A DNA stretch of 64,000 nt from an uncultured Rivularia sp. GTDB lineage: Bacteria; Cyanobacteriota; Cyanobacteriia; Cyanobacteriales; Nostocaceae. The stretch is from positions 1,344,001 through 1,408,000 of the forward strand of contig OY762007.1 of assembly GCA_963665115.1 (NCBI GenBank), given 5' to 3'. This document shows positions 8,944 through 21,256 of the stretch, in pieces. The stretch's first letter is position 1. Every line of letters starts with the position of its first letter. The notes beneath the pieces were generated by a model. It saw nothing but the letters and a program-made list of their open reading frames with translations, did not search any database and had not been told where the DNA came from. The position numbers and the translations under genes are program-made.

Positions 8944-11748
8944 ATGAATATAACATCTCAGGATGAGAAGTTAAGGTTAAAAGCTTTATATCAGTACGAG
9001 ATTCTTGATACTGCACCGGAACAGGCTTTCAACGATCTGGTTTTGTTAGCGAGCCAAGTTGCGGGAACATCAATTGCTTTGATTAATTTTGTTGATGCTA
9101 AACGTCAATGGTTTAAAGCGAAGGTGGGATTGAGCGTTTCAGAAATGTCTAGGGATGTAGGCTTTGGTTCGTTATGCGTAAGTCTTGGTGAGACTTTGCT
9201 TATTCCCGATACTCTCGCGGATGAAAAATTTGCTCACAATCATGTGGTTATTTCGGAACCAAACGTAAGATTTTATGTGGGTATCCCGTTGATTGCACCT
9301 GGAGGTGAGGCGATAGGAACTTTATGTGCAATCGATACGGTACCGCATTCGATTACTCCGCAACAGATAGAGTCACTCGAAGCGATTAGTCGTTTGGTAA
9401 TCAAGCAATTAGAAATACGATCTGGTTTAAATCAATTAGCGGATATTAAAACAGAATACGAACAAGCAAAACAAGCCTTGGATGAAAGCGAAGGTATTAT
9501 AAAAAGTTTTTTTGATAGTGCCCCGATGATGATGGGGATTGTTGAGGTTCGGGAAAATGATATTTTACACATTTCCGGTAATACTCACGCGGCGAAGTTT
9601 TTGGGTTTGACGACTGAAGCAATGAGAAACCGCTTTGTAAGCGAGATGGGGATTTCGTCACAGCTTATAAGTCAGTGGATTGATTATTATCATCAAACAG
9701 AAACGACTCAATCTTCTATAGCATTTGAGTATCCTTTTGATACTTCATATGGTAGCAGATGGCTCAAAGCTAAGGTTTCGCCGATTGTGAATAGCTCGGA
9801 GCATCAAAGATTTGCTTATTTGGTTGATGATATAACGACTCGTAAAGAAGCGGAAGAAAAACTACGTTGGAAACAAACACTTTTACGTTCGATGACAAGC
9901 GTTTCACCACTAGCTTTTTATGTGGTAGAAAACCGAACTGGGAATATTTTGTATGCAAATCAACGTTTTTATGATATCTGGGGAATTGGGTATTTAAAAG
10001 AACAGGTCGAATGTGGAATATTACAGCATAAACACATCGTAGAAGAATGTCGTAAGTTAACATCTCAAGTTCCAGCATTTATTAAATCTTGCCAACCCGA
10101 TAATATTGAGAAATGCATTTGCGAGGATGAAATTTTCTTGCCAGATGGTCGTACTATTCGCCGTTTTTCGAGAGAAATACAGAATCAAGATAATCAAGAT
10201 TTTGCGCGGCTACATATGTTTGAGAATATTACAAGCCGCAAGCACACCGAACATCAACTACGCGAACAAGCAGCATTATTAGATATTGCTTCGGATGCCA
10301 TTATCATGCGAGATTTATCTCACAAAATTTTACTGTGGAATAAAAGCGCCGAAACAATTTATGGTTGGACGGAAGAGGAAGCCATTAATAAAAATGCTCA
10401 TGAACTTTTAAAACCCGAACTTTTATCTTGGAAAAAGGAGGATATTTACAATAAAGTATTGCAGGACGGTTCGTGGCAAGGTGAATTGAGGAAAGTTGGT
10501 AAATCTGGTAAAGAAATTATTGTTGAAAGCCGATGGACTTTGGTAAAAGACGAGCATCAAAAGCCCAAATCTATCTTAACTGTTGATACAGATATTACGC
10601 AAAAAAAAGAATTAGAAAAGCAATTTTTACGCGCTCAGCGCATGGAAAGTATTGGTACTTTAGCTAGTGGGATTGCTCACGACTTAAATAATGTGCTGTC
10701 GCCGATTTTAATGTCAGTGCAGTTGCTCCAAAACAAAAGCCGCAGCCAACAAGAAATTTCCATGCTATCCATTGTGGAAAACAACGCTAAACGCGGAGCT
10801 AATCTAGTCAAGCAGGTATTATCATTTGCTAGAGGAATCGAAGGCGATCGCACTGTAATTTCGGTTAAAGAATTAGTTTGGGAAATGAAGCAAATTGTCG
10901 AACAAACTTTTCCCAAAACAATTATATTCAATGGGTCAATTCCACAGAATATATGGCAAATATGGGGAGATAGTACCCAATTGCATCAAGTATTATTAAA
11001 CTTATGTTTGAATGCTCGCGATGCGATGTCAGATGGCGGTAAATTAACAATTTCTACCGACAATATTGTCATTGATAATAATTATGCCGGGATGCATCTT
11101 GAAGCTAAAGTTGGTACTTATGTAGTTATTAGTGTTTCAGACACGGGTATTGGCATTCCTCAAGAATTATTAGACAGGATTTTTGAACCATTTTTCACGA
11201 CAAAAGAATTTGGTAAAGGTACTGGATTAGGTTTATCAACAGTAATTGGGATTATTAAAGGTCATAATGGATTTATCAACGTATCAAGTACTGTAGGCAA
11301 AGGTACAGAATTTGAAATATACTTGCCAGCAGCGAACACCAATGCAAATCGGCAAACTGAATATTTAAAAACACCTTTAGGAAACGACGAATTAATATTA
11401 GTTGTTGATGACGAACCGTCAGTTATAGATATTACTTTGGCTACCTTAGAGCAGCACAACTATAAAGTTATGACTGCTAACGATGGAATTGAAGCAATAG
11501 CACTTTATGCTCAACATAAAAATAAAATTAGTGCGGCAATAATTGACATGATGATGCCGAACATGGATGGTGCAACTACCATTACTACATTACATAAAAT
11601 GAATCCTTATTTACGCATGATTGCCGTCAGCGGACTAGCAACCAGCGAACAAATACCTTTTGATAAAACTTCTAAATATACAGCTTTTTTACCCAAACCA
11701 TATACTGCACGAGAATTATTGACGACTTTGCATTCGGTTTTGAATTAA
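8944..11748 (+). CDS. hybrid sensor histidine kinase (GAF-PAS-PAS-PAS-HisKA-HATPase-REC)
   Basis: RLKALYQYEILDT GAF; GIAHDLNNVL H-box; NLCLNARDAM; FEPFFTTK; GTGLGL; C-terminal VVDDE/DMMMP/FLPKP receiver. Confidence 0.92.
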   Translation: MNITSQDEKLRLKALYQYEILDTAPEQAFNDLVLLASQVAGTSIALINFVDAKRQWFKAKVGLSVSEMSRDVGFGSLCVSLGETLLIPDTLADEKFAHNHVVISEPNVRFYVGIPLIAPGGEAIGTLCAIDTVPHSITPQQIESLEAISRLVIKQLEIRSGLNQLADIKTEYEQAKQALDESEGIIKSFFDSAPMMMGIVEVRENDILHISGNTHAAKFLGLTTEAMRNRFVSEMGISSQLISQWIDYYHQTETTQSSIAFEYPFDTSYGSRWLKAKVSPIVNSSEHQRFAYLVDDITTRKEAEEKLRWKQTLLRSMTSVSPLAFYVVENRTGNILYANQRFYDIWGIGYLKEQVECGILQHKHIVEECRKLTSQVPAFIKSCQPDNIEKCICEDEIFLPDGRTIRRFSREIQNQDNQDFARLHMFENITSRKHTEHQLREQAALLDIASDAIIMRDLSHKILLWNKSAETIYGWTEEEAINKNAHELLKPELLSWKKEDIYNKVLQDGSWQGELRKVGKSGKEIIVESRWTLVKDEHQKPKSILTVDTDITQKKELEKQFLRAQRMESIGTLASGIAHDLNNVLSPILMSVQLLQNKSRSQQEISMLSIVENNAKRGANLVKQVLSFARGIEGDRTVISVKELVWEMKQIVEQTFPKTIIFNGSIPQNIWQIWGDSTQLHQVLLNLCLNARDAMSDGGKLTISTDNIVIDNNYAGMHLEAKVGTYVVISVSDTGIGIPQELLDRIFEPFFTTKEFGKGTGLGLSTVIGIIKGHNGFINVSSTVGKGTEFEIYLPAANTNANRQTEYLKTPLGNDELILVVDDEPSVIDITLATLEQHNYKVMTANDGIEAIALYAQHKNKISAAIIDMMMPNMDGATTITTLHKMNPYLRMIAVSGLATSEQIPFDKTSKYTAFLPKPYTARELLTTLHSVLN

Positions 11749-11920
11749 TGGTAATTGGTAATTGGTAATGGGTAATTGGTAATTGGTAATTGGGCATGGG
11801 GCATTGATAATTGGGAAAATAAGAGAGAAATAATTAATTCTTTACTCGCTACTTACTACTCACTACTCACTACTTGCTACTTACTACTCCCTATTTCCTA
11901 ACTCCTAACTCCCTACTTTT
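11748..11920. repeat. STRR heptamer arrays (GGTAATT; CTACTCA/CTACTTA; CTCCTAA)
   Basis: Tandem 7-mers directly visible. Confidence 0.85.
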
Positions 11921-11923
11921 AAA

Positions 11924-14900
11924 ATGAATAATCTAATCCTGGTTGTAGATGATGATGATTTAACGCGGATGCAGTTGCGCGAATTACTCAAATCGGTGGG
12001 ATATTGGGTGGCTGAGGCTGGTAATGGAGAAGAAGCATTAGCTGCGTATACTCAGTTACAACCGGAGATGGTTCTGCTAGATGCTTTGATGCCGAAAATG
12101 GATGGTTTTAGGTGTTGCGAGCGGTTACGTCAGCTTGCTGGTGGGGATGATATACCGATATTAATGATTACGGCTCTTTACGACCAAAATTCTGTAGAAA
12201 GAGCTTTTAACGCTGGTGCTACAGATTATATAGCTAAGCCTATTCAGTGGTTGGTGTTGCGCTCTAGGGTGCTACGTTTGCTCGAAGCGAGTAGAAACCA
12301 TGAAAAAATTACGGCAGCAAACCGAACAAGCACAGTGGCAAGAAGCGCAATTAAGAATTGCATTGGAAGCTGCCCATATGGGTATTTGGGATTGGAATAT
12401 TGTTAGTGATAAACTAACTTGGTCCGATACGATTAAAGTGCTACTCGGTGAAGCAGGTTTAAGCTTTGATGAAACTTTTGAAAGCTTTATTAGTTTTGTT
12501 CATCCTCAAGATAGAGATTTAATTAATCGAAGCATGGAGTGCGCGATTGAAGAGGGAGGAGAATATAACATTGAATATCGCGTGGTTTTGCCCGATGGAA
12601 ATATTCGCTGGTTGGCTTCTCAGGGTTTAGTTTTTCGTAACTCTTCTGGGAAAGCGATGCGGATGTCGGGGATTGATATGGATATTACTGCTCGCAAAAA
12701 GGCACAACAAGCTTTGGAAGTTCATGCAAGTCAACAAGCATTGGTTGCTGAACTTTCTCAAGCAGCATTAGCAGGGATAGATTTAAATAGTTTGATGCAG
12801 CAAGCCGTTACCACCATTGCACAATGTCTTGAAGTGGAATACTGCAAAATTTCAGAATTGTTACCGGATGGTGATTTAATGTTGCGTTCGGGTATTGGTT
12901 GGCATTCTGGGCTTGCGGGAACGGTAACGGTAAATGCTGCCGATAATTCGCAAGCAAGTTATACGATTACTTCGCAAGAACCAGTAATTGTAGAAGATTT
13001 AACAAATGAAACACGGTTTAAAGGATCGCAATTATTACTAGAACACAATGTAGTTAGCGGTTTATCGGTAGTTATCCACGGTAAAGAAAGTCCTTTTGGG
13101 ATTTTAGGAGCGCATACTACTAAAAAACGCAGATTCAGTAGAGATGACATCTTTTTTTTACAAGCAATTGCGAATATTTTAGCTACAGCGATTGAACGTC
13201 AACGTATGGAAGATGCGCTTAGAGAAAGCGAGCAGCGCTGGCAATTTGCAATAAAAGGTACTAATGATGGGATTTGGGATTGGAACATCAAAAATCAGCA
13301 CGTTTTTCATTCGATTCGTTCCAAAGAAATTCTTGGTTATCAAGAAGAGGAAATCGGTAATAATGTCGATGAATGGTTTGCCCTGGTACATCCGGATGAT
13401 ATCGACTTGTTGATGCAAACTATTCAAACTCATTTTGACAAAAAAATTCCTTTTTACATTAGCGAGCATCGTCTGCGGTGTAAAAACGGTACTTACAAAT
13501 GGATTTTAGAACGAGCAAGAGCATTATGGGACGATAGTGGGAATGTATTACGAATGGCAGGCTCCCATACGGATATTACGGAACGTAAGTTAGCAGAAGA
13601 GCAGCTAAGACAAAGCGAACAGCGTTTCCAAATACTTGCTCGTGCTACAAACGATGCCGTTTGGGATTGGAACTTGCTCACAAATAAAATGTGGTGGAAT
13701 GACTCGGTGCAGACGCTGTTTGGTTACTCGGCAGAATCTATAGAAGGTAACATTGATTGGTGGTACGAACGAGTACATCCGGAAGATAGACGTAGAATTG
13801 TTGCCGATATTCAGGCAGTTGTAGAAAGCGCTCAACCATTTTGGGCAAACGAATACCGTTTCCTAAAAGCAAATGGTTCCTACGCTTATATTTTCGATCG
13901 CGGTTACGTTGTTCGCGACGACGCAGAAGAAAAACCATTACGAATGATTGGCGCGATGATGGACATTACAGAACGCAAGCGCGTACAAGAACAACTGGTT
14001 AGGCAAAACTTGCGTAGTCAATTATTCTCCGATATCACTCTCAAGATTCGCACTTCCCTACAAATCGATGAAATTCTTCAAACCAGCGTTACCGAAGTAC
14101 AAAAACTACTTAATGCCGACCGTGTATTGATTCTTCGAGTATTTGGCGATGGCTCGATAAAAGCTGTTAAAGAAGCACTAGTTCCTGGCTTACCCGTAGT
14201 TTTGGGGCAAAATATTGACGACGCTTGTTTTAGCAGGGAATACCTCGAACAATACCGCAAAGGTCGGATTAAGGCTATTACCGATATCGAGCAAGCTAAT
14301 ATCCAACCTTGTCATGTCGAATTACTCAAAAGATTCAATATAAAATCTAACTTAGTAGTTCCCATCATTATGCAAAATCAACTTTGGGGATTACTAATTG
14401 CTCATCAATGCGCTCGTCCCCGTGAATGGAACGAGTGGGAAACCGAATTATTACGACAACTAGCCGACCAAATAGGTATAGCAGTTTCGCAAGCAAAACT
14501 ATTAGAACAAGAAACTCGTCAGCGAGAAGAATTAACCCGTTCCAACGAAGAACTACAGCAATTTGCCTTTATTGCTTCCCACGATTTACAAGAACCATTA
14601 CGTAAAATTACAGCATTTGGCGATCGCCTCAAAGCCACTTGCCAAGATGCCTTAACAGATAAGGGACACGACTATCTGCAACGAATGCAAAATGCAGCCG
14701 AAAGAATGCAAGTCTTGATTGAAGATTTACTTACCCTTTCGCGAATAACCACCAGGGCACAACCCTTTGTAGAAGTAAATCTTGCACGGGTAACAAAAGA
14801 AGTATTATCTGACCTCGAAATACGCATCGCCCAAACCGGCGCACATATAGAAATTGGCGAATTATCAACTATCAAAGCCGACCCACTGCAAATGCGTCAA

Positions 14901-15236
14901 TTATTACAAAACTTGATAAGTAATGCTCTGAAATTCCACCCAGAAAAAGAGCCGCCAATCGTAAAAATACATAGTCAAAAATTTACAAATCAGCAACTTA
15001 AATCTGAATACTATGAAATTATCGTAGAAGACAACGGTATTGGATTTGAAGAAAAATACTTAGACCGTATATTCAACGTATTTCAAAGGCTACACGGACG
15101 CACTGAATACGAAGGTACCGGCATGGGTTTAGCCATCTGTCGAAAAATAGTCGAACGACATCAAGGAAGCATTACAGCCAAAAGTGAACCAGGAAAAGGC
15201 GCAAGTTTTATTGTCACAATTAGGAGTGAGGAGTAG
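11924..15236 (+). CDS. REC-PAS-GAF-PAS-PAS-cyanobacteriochrome GAF histidine kinase (one gene split by +1 at ~12295-12297)
   Basis: Removing one A fuses REC ORF 11924 (..LLEASR) to MKKLRQQ; GAF has DACF (14220-14231) and CH (14310-14315); ASHDLQEPLRKI phytochrome-type H-box. Confidence 0.88.
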
Positions 15237-15322
15237 GGAGTAGAGAGTAGGGAGTAGGGAGTAGAGAGTAGGGAGTAGGAAGTAGAGAGTTAAGAGTTAA
15301 GAGTTAAGAGTTAGGAGTTAGT
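15222..15322. repeat. STRR arrays (GAGTAGG/GAGTAGA, GAGTTAA)
   Basis: Tandem 7-mers directly visible. Confidence 0.85.
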
Positions 15323-15491
15323 TATTCTTCTCCTTGTCTCCCCATCCCCAATTTTATCTTTCTCAAAAAAGGTTTATCATACCGGATGTAAGGAAGGTAG
15401 TTGTGCAAAGAAGACTATCGTTAACTGTACGTTTTGTTGCAATTTAATAATTTATTGATTCCTAAACCATGCTTAAAGGAGAAAATAACTA

Positions 15492-15938
15492 GTGGAGGAT
15501 CGGCAAAAAAAAATATCTATATTGATGGCTGATGATGATGAAGACGACTGTATGTTAGCTAGCGAAGCATTAACAGAAAGTAATTTGCAACACCAACTGC
15601 ATATTGTCAAAGATGGTGAAGAATTAATGGATTATTTGTATCAGCGGGGAAAATATACTAACTCCGAAAATGCAACACCCCCAGGTTTGATTTTACTAGA
15701 TTTGAATATGCCTAAGAAAGATGGTCGTGAAGTACTTAAAGAAATTAAATCAAATCCCACTTTTAAACATATTCCCGTTGTAATACTCACAACCTCGAAA
15801 GCAGAAGAAGATATTGAACTTTCCTATTTTTTGGGTGCAAATTCTTTTATCATTAAACCAGTAACTTTTACTTCTTTAGTTGAAGTTATGAAAACTATAG
15901 GAAAATACTGGTTTGATATTGTAGAACTACCGTACTAA
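15492..15938 (+). CDS. single-domain response regulator, Rcp1/phytochrome-associated type
   Basis: ILMADDDEDD, LILLDLNMPKKDGREVL, IPVVILTTS, GANSFIIKP, YWF C-terminus. Confidence 0.92.
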   Translation: MEDRQKKISILMADDDEDDCMLASEALTESNLQHQLHIVKDGEELMDYLYQRGKYTNSENATPPGLILLDLNMPKKDGREVLKEIKSNPTFKHIPVVILTTSKAEEDIELSYFLGANSFIIKPVTFTSLVEVMKTIGKYWFDIVELPY

Positions 15939-15955
15939 GCGGTGGGAGGTAAATT

Positions 15956-17849
15956 ATGAACGACAATCCCATCAAAGTACTGCTAGTTGATGATGATGAA
16001 GATGATTATATTTTAATTCGCGATTGGTTGAATGAATTTCAGCTAGGTAGCTGCGAACTAGAATGGTTAAATAATTATCAAACTGCAAAAGATGTAATAG
16101 CGTCGCTAAGACATAATGTTTACTTATTAGATTATCGTTTGGGAGCAGAGAAACGGATTAGAATTATTAAAATTTTCAATTGAATGCGGATGTTCTTCGC
16201 CGATTATTTTACTTACCGGTAGGGGAGATAGAGATATAGACATCGAAGCGATGAGAGCAGGTGCTGCGGATTATTTAGAAAAAAGCCAATTAAATGCACC
16301 TTTATTAGAACGTTCTATTCGTTATGCTTTAGAAAGAAAACAAGCCGAACAAAAAATTCGCGAACAAGCAGCATTACTTGATGTTGCCACTGATGCAATC
16401 TTTGTACGGGATTTAGATAACAAAATTTTATATTGGAACAAAGCAGCCGAACGTCTTTATGGTTATCAGAAGAATGAAGCTATTGGTAGAGAAATAGCAG
16501 AACTTTGGCAAGAAAAGAAAATATCGGAAATACGAACGGCCCTTAATACTTTATTAAAAAATGGTTCGTGGGAAGGCGAACTTCATCAAACTACAAAATT
16601 TGGCAAAAAAATTATTGTTGAAAGTCGATGGACGCTATTAAAAGAATACGAAAATAAATCACAAGCTATTCTCGTAGTAAATACTGATATAACACAAAAA
16701 AAACAATTAGAATCGCAATTTCTTCGCGCTCAAAGATTAGAGAGTATCGGAACCTTGTCAAGCGGTATTGCTCACGACCTCAACAACGTACTAGCACCGA
16801 TTTTAATGACAGCACAATTATTAGAATCGCAACTGCATGATGAGCGAAGCCAACGACTCTTACCAATATTAATTAACAACGCCAAACGCGGCGCAAATTT
16901 AGTTAAGCAAGTACTGTCTTTTACCCGTGGAATGGAAGGCGATCGCACTTTAGTACAGCCAAAGCATTTAATAAATGAAATTAAGCAAGTTGTCAGAGAG
17001 ACATTTCCGAAAACCATTGAACTTTCACAGGAAATACCGCAGGTTCTTTGGATGATTAAAGGAGATGCAACTCAACTGCATCAAGTCATGATGAACTTAT
17101 GTGTTAATGCTCGCGATGCTATGGCAAACGGTGGTAAATTAACCATTTATGCTACAAACTTTGTAGTAGATGAAAACTATGCTCAAATGCATCTCGATGC
17201 ATCGTCCGGTTCTTATGTGATGATTTCCGTAGCCGATAATGGAATTGGTATTTCTCCAGAAAATTTAGATAGAGTTTTTGAGCCATTTTTTACGACTAAA
17301 GAACTTGGAAAAGGTACGGGCTTAGGTCTTTCCACAGTACTTGGTATTGTTAAGAGTCACGGTGGATTTATTAACGTACAAAGTGACATTAATAAAGGAA
17401 GCAATTTTCAAGTATATTTACCAGCCCAAGAAATTATTGAAACTCAAGAAGAAGCAGAAATAGATTTCCCCAAAGGCGAAGGAGAATTAATTTTAGTTGT
17501 AGATGACGAAGATTCTATTCGAGACATAACAAAAAAATCATTAGAAAGCTATAATTATAAAGCAATTACAGCCAGCGATGGGATTGAAGCAATCGCTTTG
17601 TATGCAGAACGTAGAGATGAAATATCAGTTGTTTTAACAGATATTATCATGCCAGTTATGGATGGATTAACAACCATTCGCACCTTACAAAAAATTAATC
17701 CTCAAGTAAAAATTATTGCCGTCAGCGGACTTGTTTCCAACGATAAAATTAACGCAATTACCGAAATTGGCATCAAAGCTTTTTTATCAAAACCCTACAC
17801 TGCACAGCAATTGCTACAAACGATTGGTAATGTTAAAACAGACAGTTAA
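15956..17849 (+). CDS. hybrid kinase REC-PAS-HisKA-HATPase-REC (one gene split by +1 at ~16151-16153)
   Basis: LLDYRLGAE continues as NGLELLKF...PIILLTGRGDRDIDIEAMRAGAADYLEK in the shifted frame; GIAHDLNN H-box; C-terminal REC. Confidence 0.88.
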
Positions 17850-17966
17850 CAATTATCAATTATCAACTCCCAACTTTCTACTTTCTACTTTCAACTCCTA
17901 ACTCCCTACTTTCTACTCCTAACTCCCTACTTTCTACTTTATACTTTCTACTCCCAACTCCCTATC

Positions 17967-18362
17967 ATGACCGAACAGCGAACTGAAATATTAGCAGCAA
18001 ACGAAGCCTTTTACCGGGCTTTCGAGAAGAAAGATATTGACGCAATGAGTGAAGTATGGTCTCAAGGGACTGGTAGCCTTTGCGTTCACCCTGGATGGAA
18101 TATACTTCGTGGTTGGAAGCAAGTTAATAATTCCTGGGTAAAGATTTTTCAAAATACTCCTTATATCGAAATAAATACAGATGTAATTTCGACAGAAATT
18201 CGAGAAAATATTGCCTACGTTGTGCTAGTTGAAAACGTGATGCAAGTCATCAAAGGTTCGAGAATGGAAGCACAATCTTTAGCCACCAATGTATTTGAAT
18301 TACTCGGTGGCAAATGGTATTTGGTTCATCATCACGCGAGTCCGGTAATGGGAAATAGGTAG
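17967..18362 (+). CDS. NTF2/SnoaL-like domain protein
   Basis: ANEAFYRAFE...CVHPGW...ATNVF...WYLVHHHAS. Confidence 0.88.
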   Translation: MTEQRTEILAANEAFYRAFEKKDIDAMSEVWSQGTGSLCVHPGWNILRGWKQVNNSWVKIFQNTPYIEINTDVISTEIRENIAYVVLVENVMQVIKGSRMEAQSLATNVFELLGGKWYLVHHHASPVMGNR

Positions 18363-18483
18363 AAGGTTAAAGGTTAAAGGTCAAAGGTTAAAGTTAGGAG
18401 TTAAAAATTAATTTTCTCCTTGTATCCTCATCTTCCCATCTCCTCATCCCCCCCATTACCAATTACCAATTACCAATTAAATA

Positions 18484-19026
18484 TCACTCTTTAATCAACT
18501 CCACTCCATCTTTCCCGTCAGTTTCTTGTAAATAAACTTTGACAATTTCTTCTGCTGCGGTTGGTAGCTGTTTACCGATAAAATCTGGGTGAATTGGTAC
18601 TTGACGATGACCTCTATCTACTAAAACAGCAAGACGGATTACTTCTGGTCTGCCGTATTCGTTTACTGCATTCAAAGCGGCACGAGCGGTTCTTCCTTTG
18701 AATATCACATCGTCAACAAGTACGACAATTTTCCCTGTCAAATCAAAAGGAATGCTAGTTTTTGCTGGGGTTCTCAACCCGATTTGATCGAGGTCATCGC
18801 GATAAAATGTAATATCTAAGGCACCTACTGACACATTTACCTTTTCTAATCCTTCAATCTGATTCGCTAATAAGTAAGCTAATGGCACTCCTCTTGTATG
18901 AATACCTATAAGCACTAATTGGGATAAATCGCGAGTTCTTTCTACTATTTCAGAAGCAAGTCTTCTTAAGGTGCGAGGAAGTTCTTCTGATGAAAGTATC
19001 TTAACTACTTTTACGGACACACTCAT
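18484..19026 (-). CDS. pyrR: bifunctional pyrimidine regulatory protein / uracil phosphoribosyltransferase PyrR
   Basis: [36 protein letters not shown]. Confidence 0.96.
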   Translation of the reverse strand: MSVSVKVVKILSSEELPRTLRRLASEIVERTRDLSQLVLIGIHTRGVPLAYLLANQIEGLEKVNVSVGALDITFYRDDLDQIGLRTPAKTSIPFDLTGKIVVLVDDVIFKGRTARAALNAVNEYGRPEVIRLAVLVDRGHRQVPIHPDFIGKQLPTAAEEIVKVYLQETDGKDGVELIKE

Positions 19027-19171
19027 AAACCGATATCACTGAGTCATTAAGTATACTATTTTATAGAAGCAAGGTCATAGGAAACACGTAATATAAAGGC
19101 TTAAAATTTAACCCTTTTTTAATCTCCGATAAATTGCAGAGAATCCGAAACCCAATCTTCTAATTTAATCA

Positions 19172-20143
19172 TTACCCCATTGTTGCTAATAAGAGTAGAG
19201 ATGTAGCTCCCCCCAACCACAGCAAAAAGGAATATCGAGTTAGTTGTAAAGCAGTTTCAATAGAATTTGAAGTAATTGGATAAATCGCATCTCCAAGCAA
19301 AGGTTTTACTTTCGCTACGCCACGATACCAATTAGTACCTCCCATCTGTACTCCTAAAATTGCAGCATAAGCGCATTCGCTCCAGCCAGAATTAGGACTT
19401 GAATCTTTGGGGGCATCTCGCTGACAGATTTTAATACATGAAAGGGGTTTACGAGATAGCAAAGCTAGAGTTATAACTGTTAGCCTACATGGAAACCAAG
19501 TTAAACAATCTTCTAAACGTGCGCTAAACCATCCTAAATAAATATAGGGAACTTCCCGATAACCAATCATAGAATCAAGAGTGCTGCTGGCTTTATATGC
19601 TAAAGCAAAGGTCGAAGGACCAATAATGGGTAAAAAAGCACCAATAATTGCATAAAAAAGAGGAGCCATTACGCCATCAGTAGCGTTTTCTGTTACTGTT
19701 TCTAAAACTGCTCGAAAAATTTCAGTGGAATTTAAATTGTGTGTGTCTCGACCAACAAAATTACGCAGAAGAGAACGGGCTTCGTCAATGTTTCCTACTT
19801 TTAAACGGCTGATTACTATTTCGGCTGCTGTTCTTAAACTTTTGAAGGCAAAGCAACTAGCTAATAAGACGCTTTCTAGTAAAATTCCTAGTATTGGATT
19901 TATCCATATAGCACATCGGACTATTAACCAAGCAATAACACCGCTACCTATTACCAAAATTGCAGTTATTGCTATTCCCGCTAAACGTTGTGTTAAGGAA
20001 TTATGACAATACTTAAGAGCTAATTTCGTTAAATGAGAAATAAACCAACCCATTACTTGTACCGGATGAACCCAGTTCCACGGATCGCCGATCAAGTAAT
20101 CTAAACTAGCAGCAAGAATCAAGACAGCAGAAGAAAAAGCCAA
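19172..20143 (-). CDS. cbiB: adenosylcobinamide-phosphate synthase CbiB/CobD
   Basis: LDYLIGDP..HPVQVMG, VGRDT, ENATDGVMAPLFY, YKASSTLDSMIGY, SPNSGWSECAYAAILG. Confidence 0.95.
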   Translation of the reverse strand: MAFSSAVLILAASLDYLIGDPWNWVHPVQVMGWFISHLTKLALKYCHNSLTQRLAGIAITAILVIGSGVIAWLIVRCAIWINPILGILLESVLLASCFAFKSLRTAAEIVISRLKVGNIDEARSLLRNFVGRDTHNLNSTEIFRAVLETVTENATDGVMAPLFYAIIGAFLPIIGPSTFALAYKASSTLDSMIGYREVPYIYLGWFSARLEDCLTWFPCRLTVITLALLSRKPLSCIKICQRDAPKDSSPNSGWSECAYAAILGVQMGGTNWYRGVAKVKPLLGDAIYPITSNSIETALQLTRYSFLLWLGGATSLLLLATMG

Positions 20144-20362
20144 AACAGTTTTTAGTTTTTATTGATAAATATTTGGTCAAAGGGGCAGCGATTACCGCAA
20201 ATGATGGAAAAAAAATCATCACGTCACTCTCAATTAAGATTGAGAATAGGAAGCCATGCATCTGGGGATGAAAAACAATAGGTTTGTTTTATTAATTAAA
20301 AAAGGGATTTAATTATTTTCAGTTTTGAATTTCCCTCACAGCCCGGTGCCGATAATTAATAA

Positions 20363-20806
20363 CTAAACCACAAAACTAGCTTCTTCTCCAAGAGAAGCTT
20401 GCCAGCTGCGAGCATCATAATAAAGGTCTGCCAAAGTAATGCTGTATAATGCTTCTTTGAGTTTTTGAGAGAGTCGATGCCAAAGACTAAAAGTTACCCA
20501 ATCTTCAGCTGCTTGTGGATAAGCCTTATGGTGGGGTAAAGGTTCAATTGTTTCGCCAACTGCTTCTAAAATTTCTCCTAAAGATATTTTGACAGGTTCT
20601 CGCGCTAATTGGTATCCACCATCTTTACCGCGTATTGATTTTACCAATCCAGCACGACGCATTTCTATTAGTAGTTTTTCTAGATAAGGAGCGGGAATAT
20701 TTTGACGGTTGGCAATAACTTTAGTTGAAGAAGGGCCAGTTTTTTGCTGCAAACTTAAATCTAGTAACGCTTTTACACTATAGTGTCCTTTAGTGGTAAG
20801 TTTCAT
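20363..20806 (-). CDS. Rrf2 family transcriptional regulator lacking Fe-S cysteines (Slr0846-like)
   Basis: MKLTTKGHYSVKAL, YLEKLL, VKSIRG.DGGYQLAR; divergent from cyAbrB2, as in Synechocystis slr0846/sll0822. Confidence 0.9.
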   Translation of the reverse strand: MKLTTKGHYSVKALLDLSLQQKTGPSSTKVIANRQNIPAPYLEKLLIEMRRAGLVKSIRGKDGGYQLAREPVKISLGEILEAVGETIEPLPHHKAYPQAAEDWVTFSLWHRLSQKLKEALYSITLADLYYDARSWQASLGEEASFVV

Positions 20807-21256
20807 TTGGGTTAGATAACAATTAGTGTTTGAAAAGTAAAATATTCATACTTGATGCTTATCAAATTACTCATACTTCGTATCAAGAGAGCGGCAAGCA
20901 AGCAATATAATAGGCGCTCCGCTCTTGCTTATAATTTCAATTTCAATCTTCTATAGTCTAGCAGCATCTGTTTCTGATAGACTCAATGGAAGCTGGAATT
21001 AACACTATCTATCAAAGGGGAAAATTTATTATATAGTTATCGCTAAAGATTTATTTTTTGCTTCATTTTTTTTGATGCTATCAACCTGCCTCAAGCAATC
21101 TGCATAGTTAAAATAATAAGAAGAGGAAGTGCAAGTTTTAGATCGCGACCTCAAAAAAAAATTAAAATTAATCCTATACAGTGTTCTTAATACCTCAATG
21201 TCAGTTAAAATGAAATCGATTCCACCACACCCATCGTTAGTTTTTGATTTAAGTTG

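Noticed and set aside
20144..20362. Cobalamin riboswitch upstream of cbiB
   Set aside because: Only short palindromes; no recognisable B12-box or conserved core on the minus strand.
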